Below are positions 11,801-23,800 of a DNA stretch of 64,000 nucleotides, piece by piece (positions within the stretch are counted from its first letter, which is position 1; every line of letters starts with the position of its first letter). The position numbers were made by a program, and so were the translations under genes. The stretch comes from Mobula hypostoma. Its lineage: Eukaryota. The stretch spans positions 203,610,001-203,674,000 of the forward strand of contig NC_086100.1 of NCBI RefSeq assembly GCF_963921235.1, written 5' to 3'. The notes beneath the pieces are model-generated. The model saw only the letters and a list, made by a program, of their open reading frames with translations. It searched no databases and had not been told where the DNA came from.

Positions 11801-14800
11801 AATCTGTGGAATGCTCTGCAGAATACTGTGGTGGAGGCCAGGTTCGTGCGTATATTTAACGCTGAAGCTAATCGTTTCCTGATGTATGGTGTATGGGTCT
11901 GAGTGAGATCCTGCATCAGCCATGATGAAATGACAGAGCAGACTCGATTCTGTTCCTTTGTGATCCCCTGAACCTCTAACCACCCTCACTTTCTCTATAA
12001 ATTCGCGCCACTCCCCACCGGACTCTACTCTCCTCCGGTATTTCAGTACGTGGCCGTGGGATCTGATCCCATGGATTAGGCGGGCGGTGGGAGGTGTCCA
12101 ACTTGTTGTGGGGTGCAGCCGCTATATAATTCTCCATTTCTGTGACGCATCTCGTCCCAAAAACGTTCCCCATCTCTATAATTCCCTCAGTCCCTATACA
12201 CCTCTGCGTGTCTGTCCTCCCTTCCCTCTCTTTGCGATCCCGAACGCCTCGATAAACGTTGTCTTTTTGTGAAATGCACTTCCCCCCACTGGGTCCCTAA
12301 CCCCCTCTTTTACACCATTGCTTCTACCCAGAGACCACTCGCGTGTCAGAAGCAACTCCCGCTGACCTTTACTCAGCCAGTGTCAGGTTGGGACCATTGA
12401 CGATCTGGAGAACCTGCCGCGTTCGGAGATGTTTCTTTGGAATTCCGGCGAGGGTGTTCTCCGATCCTTGGCACGATTCCTAAACTTAGAGCTCGTTCCG
12501 GATAAGGACAATGGCCTAGGTGCAGGAAAGCAGTGTCCGATGCTCCCGGTGTGGCCTTCTATATATTGGTGAGACCCGAAACAGATTGGGAGATCGTTTT
12601 GCTGAACACCTACGCTCTGTCCGCCAGAAAAAGCAGGATCTCCCAGTGGCCACACATTTTAATTCCACATCCCATTCCCATTCTGACATGTGTATCCACT
12701 GCCTCTTCTACTGTCGAGATGAAGCCACACTCAGGTTGGAGGATCAACACCTTATATTCCGTCTGGGTAGCTTCCAACCTGATGGCATGAACATCGACTT
12801 CTCTAACTTCCGCTAATACCCCACCTCCCCTTCTTACCCCATCCCTATTTTTTCTCTCTTTCCCTCTAACAATAACTCCTTGCCTGTTCTCCGTCTTCCT
12901 CTGGTGTTCCCTTCCCCTTCTCTCTCTTCCAAGACCTTCCGTGCTATGATACTCCCCCTCCTCCAGCCTTGTATCCCTTTTGCCAATCAACTTCCCAGCT
13001 CTTAGCTGATCCATTACCCTCCTGTCTTCTCCTATCATTTCGGGTCTCCCCCTCCCCCACCCACTCCCACTTTCAAATCTCTTACTATCTCCTTTTTCCG
13101 TTAGTCCTGACGAAGGGTCTCGACCCGAAAGGTCGACTGTACCTCTTCCTAGAGATGCTGCCTGGCCTGCTGCGTTCCACCAGCATTTTGTGTGTGTTCC
13201 TAAGTGCAGGTCCCAGGGAATTATTCCCGGAATTTTTTTCTTCCAAGAGACTCGTTCCTGACAGGGGCATCAGTAAGGTCATCAGGCAACTTGAATAACC
13301 CTGCCTCCAAATCCTCGGGGTAATATTTCGGGTCCGAGGTTGTTTTCTAGAGTAGGACATACCCACCCGACTAATCCCACACTCTAAAATATATCTATTT
13401 TGGAGGACTGTGGACTTGCACCTCAAGATCTCCCTACACGTCAGCACTGTTCAGGCTCCAGGCTCGTCCCTTTACGCCTGGCCGCCCACCTCTTCATAGT
13501 TGACCGGGGTGAACTGAATCGGCCACTTCTCTGCCCGTTTCTGGGTCAGTTGTCACCTCGCTCCCTGTCTGCTGTTAGGGCTGAGGGATCCTAAATGGTT
13601 GCGAAGAAGGAGGGAACGCACAAGCTTGGAAGGGTGAGGTTATGTGGCACCATGAAGTGAGATAATGCCTCTCAGGTGGTGGGTGCTGTGTCTCCATCCA
13701 ACAGCCACCCCACCCCATACTTACGCATTACAGCATGTGCTACCCCGTAGAAGTACTCCCATTGTTTGTACACGTTGCACATCACTGGGACATAATAATC
13801 AAGGTCAGTGAAGATCTTCAGCCCCATGCCCTATGGAGGAGGTCAGAGAGAGTCAGTGGCAGGTCATAGGTCATGAACCTCACCCTCCTTTTCTACATTC
13901 ACCTCGTCCACACCTCGCTTCTCTCTCTCTCACCCTCCCAGATAACCATTCCACTTTCTTTCCTTCCTTCCTCTGCCTCCCTCTCTCACTGACGCTGTTT
14001 TGCGAAGACCTGTCCCTCATCTTTCATTCCCTGCCAGTCTAACCCCATTTTGCCTCTCCCCCCCGACCCTTCTCTCTATCACACACAGTCACTCATCCTT
14101 CCAAGGATCCCCTCCTCTTTCGTTGCTTCCTCTCCCTCCCTCAACTCTGTTCTGTCCATCTTCATTCTCTCTCTACTGAAGATCTCTCCTTCCTCTTTCC
14201 TTCCCTGTCACTCTACCTCCCCTTCCCTCTCTCTCTCACACACCTTTGCACAGACTTTCACACTCCCAAATATACCTCCATCTTTCCTTCCCTACCTCCC
14301 GTCCCTCTCTTCTCTCTCATTCTATCTTCTCTATTTCTCTCTCTTTCCCCCTCGCTCTCTCTTCCTCTCCCTCTTCTCTTTCTTTCTGTCTCGCTCACTG
14401 TCTCGCTCATTAACTTTTCCCATAGATCCTTCCCCGTCTTCATCCCTGCCTCCCCTCTCTATTTTCGTTCTCTCTCTCTCCTTCCTTCTCCACTTGTCTT
14501 TTCTTCTCTCTCTCCTCCTCTCTCTCTTCCGCATGCTTTCTCTCCTAAAGCCGTCTCCTTTCTCCTTCTTTCCCTTCCGCTCTCTGTCTCCCCATCCTCC
14601 CTCTGTCATTCCTAACCCCCACCCCACCATCCTTCCTTGATTTTCTTCATCTCCCTCGAAACCTGTGTCGGTTCTACCGTTCCCTCCTATTTGACAAATA
14701 GGAGATACCTCGAGGAGGCGGCTGACGTCAAAGGCCGAGTGCCGATCATTCTGAGCAACCCAGTAGCCCCCGTGGTCCGCTTTACAAAACTCCTCAGTGT

Positions 14801-16565
14801 CGTCCAGAATCAGATAATGGTAATCACTGAGATCAGACATTGGCAGGCTGGAGTAGATCTGCAGATAGAGAGAAAAGTGGGAGAGAAATGGAGGGAGAAG
14901 GGGCAGACAGAGAGAGGGAGAGATAGAAGGGGAGAGAGAGAGGGCCGGAGAATGGGGGAGAGAAGGGGAGGAAAAAGAAGGGGAGAGAGGAGGAGAGAGG
15001 GAGAAGGGAGAGAAAGGGGTGAGATTGGGGGAAAGAAGGAGGGGAGTGTGGGAGACAGAATGATAGAAATTGATAGATATATATAGAGAGACGTAAGCAC
15101 AGGAAGAAAGCGGCAGGAAAGGTAAGAAGTCGCAAATGGGGCACACAGAGAGAGGGCGTGGAGAGAGAGGGGGAAAGTTAGTGGGGAGTGGGGAGAGATG
15201 GGGAGAAGGAAGGGAGGGAGAGTGGAAGGGGAGACAGAAAGGGTGAGAGGAGGAGAGAGAAGTGGCGAAAACGAGGGGGAGAGTGAGAATTATAGATATA
15301 TATATAGAGAGAGAGATGAGAGAGAGTAAAGGAAGGAAAGACGTAGCGAGTGTGGTACAAGAGAGGGAGCAAGAGAGGAGGGAGGGAAGAGAGCGGTAGA
15401 GAGAATGGGAGAGAGAGGGAATAAAGGATAGGGGTGAGAGGGGAAGCGGTGAGAGTGGAGGTTGTGAAAGGGGTGGGATCAGGGGACAGGGAGTTGGAGG
15501 TGAGGGGAGGGAGAGATGGGGAAAAGTGTGGAGAGAGAGGGAGGAGTGAGTGATAACGGATCGAAAGGTGATAGAGATTGGGAGGAAGGGCAAGAGAGAG
15601 AGATGGTGGCGGGAAGGTCCAGAGAGAGATGGATGGAAGAGAGACAGAGGTGGAATGAGTAAGAGAGCAAGGGTTAGAGAAACGGAAGGGGAGGTGCACA
15701 AAGGTGGAAGAGAGGGAGGGAAATCGTTAGTTTGAGGGAGCAACAAATTTGAACTCAGCCATGCACTAACAGAGACAAGGTTGGCGCGGGTGAACACTGG
15801 GCTGCTTCACCCGCTATCTCCCTCCCTAATCCAGGGGTCAGAGGGCCAGGGATGGGGGAGGGAGCCTGGGGGTAATTCACCCCCTCTCCACTCCTTCCGT
15901 AACCCAGGGGTCAGATATCCAGGGATGGGGAACGGGAACCCGGTGCTGATTCAGGTCCTTTCCTCTCTCCACAGCCAGGGACAGGGAGCGGCAACTTACG
16001 CTGTTGGCTGTTAGCTCCTTCTCCGGTTTCAAGAGCAGAACACTCTGATCCACAACTCGGAGTCCACACAGCGAACCTGGCTGTGCCCGAAGTTCGACAT
16101 CGATCAGGGTGCCCGGGAGCTCCTCAGAGCTGGAGAATTTCAGCTGCACCTGGGAGAGACACAAAGAATTTGAGGAAGAGAAGGATTGATCGCCGTCCGG
16201 GGTGGAGGCTCCAACGCAGAGGATCACAAGAGGCTGCAGGAGGTCCGACAATCTTTCTGCCCCATTTTGGTAACAGCCCTGCCCACCTTCCAGGAGAGCT
16301 TGAAGAGCAGGTGCCTCGAAAAGGGGTATCCATCACTGAGCACCCTCACCAAATACCCTCCTATCGGTACCACCGACAGACAGGCGCAGCAGGAGCCTGA
16401 AGAGACACTCTCATCGACTCAGTGACAGCTTCTTCCCCTCCGCCCTCAGCTTTCTGAATGGCCATTGAACATTTGTACACCACAACAGTATTCTCCTCCC
16501 GTTTATCACTACTCAATAATCTTTATACCGTGCACATATCGTCCTCTGATATATATCTCAGCATA

Positions 16566-16650
<85 letters not shown>

Positions 16651-17821
16651 CAGATTGATCAGCAGCACTGTCTTGTCTCCCTTTCTCTTCACCATTTGCA
16701 CCTCGGACTTCAACTACTGCACAGAGTCTTGTCATCTTCAGAAGTTTTCGGATGACTCTGCCATAGTTGGATGCATCAGCAAGGGAGATGAGGCTGAGTA
16801 CAGGGCTACAGTAGGAAACTTTGTCATATGGTATGAGCAGAATTATCTGCAGCTTAATGCGAAAAAGACTAAGGAGCTGGTGGTAGACTTGAGGAGAACT
16901 AAGGTACTGGTGACCCCTGTTTCCATCCAGGGGGTCAGTGTGGACATGGTGGAGGATTACAAATACCTTGGGGATACGAATTGACAATAAACTGGACTGG
17001 TCAAAGAACACTGAGGCAGTCTACAAGAATGGTCAGAGCCATCTCTATTTCCTGAGGAGACTGAGGTCCTTTAACATCTGCCGGATGATGCTGAGGATTT
17101 TCTACGAGTCTGTGGTGACCAGTGCGATCATGTTTGCTGTTGTGTGCTGGGGCAGCAGGCTGAGGGTGGCAGACACCAACAGAATCAACAAACTCATTCA
17201 TAAGGCCAGTGATTTTGTGGGGATGGAACTGGACTCTCTGATGGTGGTGTCTGTAAGGAGGATGCTGTCCAAGTTCCATGCCATCTTGGGCAATATCTCC
17301 CATCCACTACATAATGTACTGGTTGGGCACAGGAGTACATTCAGTCAGAGACTCATTCCACCGAGATGCAACACAGAGCGTCATAGGAAGTCATTCCTGC
17401 CTGTGGCCATCAAACTTTACAACTCCTCCCTTGGAGGGTCAGACACCCTGAGCCAATAGGCTGGTCCTGGACTTATTTCCTGGCATAATTTGCATATTAC
17501 TATTTAATTATTTATGTTTTTATCACTATTTAATTATTTAAGGTGCATTAACGAAAACCAATTTCCCTCGGGATCAATAAAGTATGACTATGACTATGAC
17601 TATATGCATATGTATGTATGCATGTGTGTGTATATATATATATGTAGGTTTTGTAGTCATTGTACTGCTGTCTTAAAACAACCGATTTCACAGCAGACCT
17701 GAATGCCGGTGATACAGGTATTCAGTCTCCCACTCTGAAGCAGCCTGGGAAATATCAGCTCGGGTATGAAGAAAGGGAGGGATGGAGGGATGGAGGGAGA
17801 GAGGGAGGGAGGGAGGGAGAG

Positions 17822-17858
<37 letters not shown>

Positions 17859-20800
17859 CTTTGGAGGGGGCCTTCTGCTATTGTTCGCATGGTGTGTGGG
17901 GGCTGGAGGTGGTGTGGATGCTTTTGCACAAAGGGAATGGGGGTGAGAAGGCGACGGTGGGGGCCTTGATGTTTCCATCATTCATTCCACAGGGTTTCTT
18001 GTTTTGTAGATGTTTGTGAAGAGTACGAATTTCAGGTTATAGACTATATACGTTCTCTCATGTTAGTGAAGCTCAGAACCTCTGGACTCACGATGCACAG
18101 AACTCTGGCAAATATCACCAGACAAATATCCATAATGAAGAGGCAAAGAGGGGTTGGCAAGTCCCTCCCAACTCCCCACACCCGGCACCCTGAAATACTC
18201 ACCGGGGCACCCAGGAAATCAGAACTAATTAGACAGCCCCGGTGTCCAGACGAAGCAATAACCCCGAAATGACTACACTGAAAATGCCGTGCTTATTTGA
18301 TTGTCCCACGTCAGATGAGAGTGATAAATACAAACAGGGTTTGAAAACCCTCATGGCCTGCAATAAACAAAGGTGAAAACCGGAGGCAGTCCAGAGACAA
18401 ACAATCAGAAAAGGCAGGAAGTACAAAGAGCGCTGCATACCAACGAGGTGACACAGGGAGAAGAAACAGTCCACCTACTAACTGAAAAAATTCTTCTCTT
18501 GTTTCTGTTAAACATCAGCCCTGCTTGTGTTAGAGATGTGGCACGCTCAGGGAGGGAGGAAGTAGGGGGAAGGGAGGGAGGAAGCGATCAGATGGGGAAG
18601 AAGGTAGGGTGAGAAGAGGGTAGAAGGAGAGGGAAAGGGAGACGGAGGAGAGAGGACAGAGAGAGGGGAGGAAACATTCGGGGCATGAGGGATGGGGGAA
18701 CGATCAGAGAGGGAGTGATTGAGGAGAAGGTAATCGGGGAGGGTGATTTCACAGAGCAATGAGACACCAATTGTGGGGGAGTCAACAGGGGGGAATGATG
18801 ACCGAAAAGGAGGGAGTAAAGGGCCAGGACTTCTCACCTGATTGTGGAAGCATTTGGCGACATTGAACTTGATGGCGTCGGCGATGATCTCCCCGTTAGG
18901 GAGCGCGGTAAACACCAGGATCCGGGTGACGGGAGACATATCTGCGGTAATCAGCTGCCGGAGGGTGAACGATCCCCCTGCGAAAACAGGGTGAGACACG
19001 CAGTCAGATCCCAGAGAGGGAACGAGAGCAGAGACACGCTTTGCTCAAAACCACCGATCACCAAATCAGATAATGTTTCCTGGGCCAGAGACTGATCCCT
19101 GTCACAGGCAGTGATCACCACTCACAGACACAGATCACAATAACAAACACTGGTCACAGTCACAGATCACAATAAGAAAAACTCGTCACAGTCACAGATA
19201 CCAATCACAGACACAAACACAAACACCGGACACAGTCACAGACACTGCGCACAGACACTGGTCACAGACACAAGTCACAGACACCGGTCACAGAAACAGA
19301 CACAGTCACACACGCCATTCACAGACACAGACACCAGTCACAGTCACAGACACCATTCACATTCAAAGATACCGATCACAGTCATAGACACCTGCCACAG
19401 ATACAGACACCGAACACAGACACAGTCACAAACACTTATCACAGTCACAGACACCGATCGGAGTCACAGGCACCAAAAGCAGACACCGATCACAGTCATA
19501 GACACCTGCCACAGATACAGACACCGAACACAGACACAGTCACAAACACTTATCACAGTCACAGACACCGATCGGAGTCACAGGCACCAAAAGCAGACAC
19601 CTGTCACAGTCACAGACACTGGTCACAGACACCGGTCAAAAACACCGAAGACAGACACAGACACCGGTCACAGTCAGAGACACTGGTCACATAAACAAGA
19701 CACGGTCACAATCACCAGTCACAGTCACAGACACTGGTCATATAACCATATAACAATTACAGCACGGAGACAGGCCGTCTCGGCCCTTCTAGTCCATGCC
19801 GAACTCTTACTCTCACCTAGTTTCACCGACCCGTACTCAGCCCATAACCCTCCATTCCTTTCCTGTCCATATAGCTATCCAATTTTACTTTAAATTACAA
19901 TATTGAACCTGCCTGTACCACTTCTGCTGGAAGCTCGTTCCACACAGCTACCACTCTCTGAGTAAAGAAGTTCCCCCTCATGTTACCCTTAAACTTTTGC
20001 CCCATAACTCTCAACTCATGTCCTCTTGTTTGAATCTCACTTGCTCTCAATGGAAAAAAAGCCTATCCACGTCAACTGTATCTATCCCCCTAATAATTTT
20101 AAATACCTCTATTAAGTACCCCCTCAACCTTCTATGCCCCAAAGAATAAAGACACAACTTGTTCAGCCTTTCTCTGTAACTTAGGTGCTGAAACCCAGGT
20201 AATATTCTAGCAAGGTTGTGATTGTGGGAGATTCTAATTTTCCACACATTGACTGGAAAGCCCATTCTGTAAAAGGGCTGGAAGGTTTGGAGTTTGTAAA
20301 ATGTGTGTAAGATAGCTTTTTGCAGTAATACATAGAGTACCAACTAGAGAAGAGACAGTGTTGGATCTCCTGTTAGGGAATGAGATGGGGCAGGTGACGG
20401 AGGTTTGTGTTGGGGAGCACTTCGGGTCCAGTGATCACAATACCATTAGTTTCAATATAATTATGGAGAAGGATAGGACTGGACCCAGGGTTGAGATTTT
20501 TGATTGGAGAAAGGCTAACTTTGAGGAGATGCGAAAGGATTTAGAAGGAGTGGATTGGGACAATTTGTTTTATGGGAAGGATGTAATAGAGAAATAGAGG
20601 TCATTTTAAGCTGAAGTTTTGAGGGTACAGAATCTTTATGTTCCTGTTAGGTTGAAAGGAAAGGTTAAAAGTTTGAGACAGCCATGGCTTTCAAGGGATA
20701 TTGGAAACTTGGTTTGGTGAAAGAGAGAGATCTGAAATAAATATAGGCAGGTTGGAGTAAATGAGATGCTCGAGGAGTATAAAGGATGTAAAAAGAAACA

Positions 20801-23800
20801 AGAAAGAAATTAGAAAAACTGAAAGAAGATACGAGGCTGCTTTGGCAAGTAATGTGAAAATAAATCCGAAGGATTTCTACAGTTATATTAATAGCAAAAG
20901 GATAGTGAGGGATAAAATTGGTCCCTTTGAGAATCAGAGTGGATGACTATGTGCGGAGTCAAAAGAGATGGGGGAGATTTTGAACTATTTCTTTTCTTCG
21001 GTATTCACTAAGGAGAAGGATATTGAATTGTGTAAGGTAAAGGAAACAAGAAGGGTAGTTATGGAAAGTATGATGATTAAAGAAGAGGAAGTACTGGCGC
21101 TTTTAAGGAATATAAAAGTGGATAAGTCTCCAGGTCCTGACAGGATATTCCCTAGGACATTCAGGGAAGTTAGTGTGGAAATAGCAGGGGCTCTGACAGA
21201 AATATTTCAAATGTCATTAGAAACAGGGATGGTGCCGGATGATTGGCGTATTGCTCATGTGGTTCCATTGTTTAAAAAGGGTTCTAAGAGTAAACCTAGC
21301 AATAATCGGTCTGTGTGTTTGACGTCAGTGGTGGATAAATTGATGGAAATTATTCTTAGAGATGGTATATATAATTATCTGGATAGACCGGGTCTGATTA
21401 CGAACAGTCAACGTGGATTTGTGCGTGGAAGGTCATGTTTGACAAATCTTATTGAATTTTTGATGAGGTTACTAGGAATGTTGATGAGGGTAAAGTGGTG
21501 GATGTTGTCTATATGGACTTCAGTAAGGCCTTTGACAAGGTTTCACACGGAAGGTTAGTTAGGAATGTTCAGTCGTTAGGCATTAATATTGAAGATACTA
21601 AGACAGGTCGAGTTGTGGATAATGAAGTCAGTTTTCAAAGCTTGCAGGGAGATTTAGACCACTTAGAAGAGTGGGCTGAAAGATAGCAGAAGGAGTTTAA
21701 TGCTGATAAATGTGAGGTGCTACATTTTGGTAGGACTAATCAAAATAGGACATACATGGTAAATGGTAGGGCATTGAAAAATATAGTAGAACAGAGGGAT
21801 CTAGGAATAACGGTGCATAGTTCCCTGAAGGTGGAATCTCATGTGGATAGGGTGGTGAAGAAAGCTTTTGGTATGCTGGCCTTTATAAATCAGAGCACTG
21901 AGTATAGGAGTTGGGATGTAATTTTGAAATTGTATAAGGCATTGGTGAGGCCAAATTTGGAGTATTGTGTACAGTTCTGGTCAACGAATTTTAGGAAAGA
22001 TGTCAATTAAATTGAGAGAGTACAGAGGAGATTTACTAAAATGTTGTCTGGGTTTCATCTCCTAAGTTACAGAAAAGGTTGAACAAGTTATGTCTTTATT
22101 CTATGGAGCGTAGAAGGTTGAGGGGGGACTTGATAGAGGTATTTAAAATTATGAGGGGGATAGATAGAGTTGACGTGGATAGACTTTTTCCATTGAGAGT
22201 GGGGGAGATTCAAACAAGAGGACATGAGTTGAGAGTTAAAGGGCAAAAGTTTAGGGGTAACATGAGGGGGAACTTCTTTACTCAGAGAGTGGTAGCTGTG
22301 TGGAACGAGCTTCCAGCAGAAGTGGTTGAGGCAGGTTTGATGTTGTTGTTTAAAGTTAAATTGGACAGATATATGGACAGGAAAGGAATGGAGGGTTATG
22401 GGCTGAGTGCAGGTCGGTGGCACTAGGTGAGAGTAAGAGTTCGGCACGGACTAGAAGGTCCGAGATGGCCTGTTTCCGTGCTGTAGTTGTTATATGGTTA
22501 TATAAGTCTTCTCTGTACTCTCTCTATTTTGTTGATATCTGTCACAGACACATTCACAGACAAAGGTCACAGTCAATGACACTGGTTAAAGACACCGGTC
22601 ACAGTCACATGCACCGATCACATTTACAGACACTGGACACAAACAGAGACACCAGTCAGAGGCAAAGACACAGACATTGGTCTCAGATACCGGTCGTAAT
22701 CAAAGACATTGTTCACAAACAACGATCTCAGACACAGACATCTGTAACAGTCACTGACATCGACCGCAGAAACGGACACTAGTCACAGATGCTGATAGTG
22801 GTCCCGGACAGCTGTTACTGTCACAGACAACAGTCATACTCACAGACACTGTTCACAGCCGCAGACACTGGTCACAGTTACAGACACTGATCAGGCACAG
22901 ACACCGGCCACAGACACAAACACTTTTCACTGTCACAGTTACAGCCGCCGATCACAGACACCGGTCACAGTCACAGACATCGATGAAAATCACAGTCACA
23001 GACACAGAACCCTGGCACTGTCATAGACACTGGTCACAGACACAGATGCTGATCACAGTCACAGACGCAAACACGGTTCCAGTCATAGACACCGGTCACA
23101 GTCATGGATGCCAGTCAAAGACACCTGGCACAATGACAGACATCGGTCACAGTCACAGACACACTAACTGTCACAGGCACCAGTTGAAGCTACGGAAACC
23201 TGTAACAGTCACAGTCATCGATCACAGGCACAGACAACTGTTACTTTCACAGAAATCAGTCACAGTCCTAAAGATTGGTGGCAGACTAAGACACCAGTCA
23301 CCATCACAGACACTGGTTACAGACACAGACACAGGTCACAGTCACATTCACAGACTCTGGTTATAGTCACGGACATCGCTCACAGTCGCAGACACCAAAC
23401 AATGTCACAGACACCGGTTACAGTCACAGACACTGCTCACAAAAAGTGATCACAGACATAGACATCGGTGAGAGTCACAGACACAGACACTTGTCACAGA
23501 CACCGATCACACTCACAGACACCAGTCACAGTCACAGACAGTCAAAAATCACAGGCACAGACAGCAATCATACTCACAGAAACCGGCCGCAGGCACAGAC
23601 ACTGGTCACAGTCACAGACACTGACACCGGTCACAGACACTGGTCACAGTCACAGACACTGGTCACAGTCACAGACACTGACACCGGTCACAGACACTGG
23701 TCACAGTCACAGACACTGGTCACAGTCACAGACACTGACACCGGTCACAGACACTGGTCACAGTCACAGACACTGACACCGGTCACAGACACTGGTCACC

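Larger units (their letters stand above)
7545..11960 (+). mobile_element. Old degenerate CR1 LINE (end of ORF1 plus ORF2), interrupted by a Penelope-like element at 8422-9700
   Basis: [12 protein letters not shown] (esterase ORF1 end), then decayed APE and RT sequence to a 3' UTR near 11950. Confidence 0.85.
12515..13383 (-). pseudogene. Decayed duplicate of the bait-region exon, split by a Penelope-like insertion
   Basis: TTTAG acceptor at 13384-13385. Phase-1 frame is open to ...[10 protein letters not shown], then a 2-nt slip in an A-run and RE*FPGTCT*. Beyond the insertion, 12380-12526 aligns with 2910-3060 (exon end and downstream intron of the intact copy). Confidence 0.82.

Noticed and set aside
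13490..13590. Possible extra bait exon (pyrimidine tract + TTTAG at 13591, GTGGGC at 13489)
   Set aside because: 101 nt with stop codons in all three frames.
13725..14858. Complement C3/C4/C5 identity or a tetra-basic beta-alpha processing site
   Set aside because: No RxxR/RRRR site or anaphylatoxin domain; exon sizes and the bait region match A2M.
14331..15797. 488-aa minus-strand ORF
   Set aside because: Low-complexity Leu/Ser/Pro and Arg/Glu readthrough of CT/GA tracts; only 14709-14858 is a real exon.
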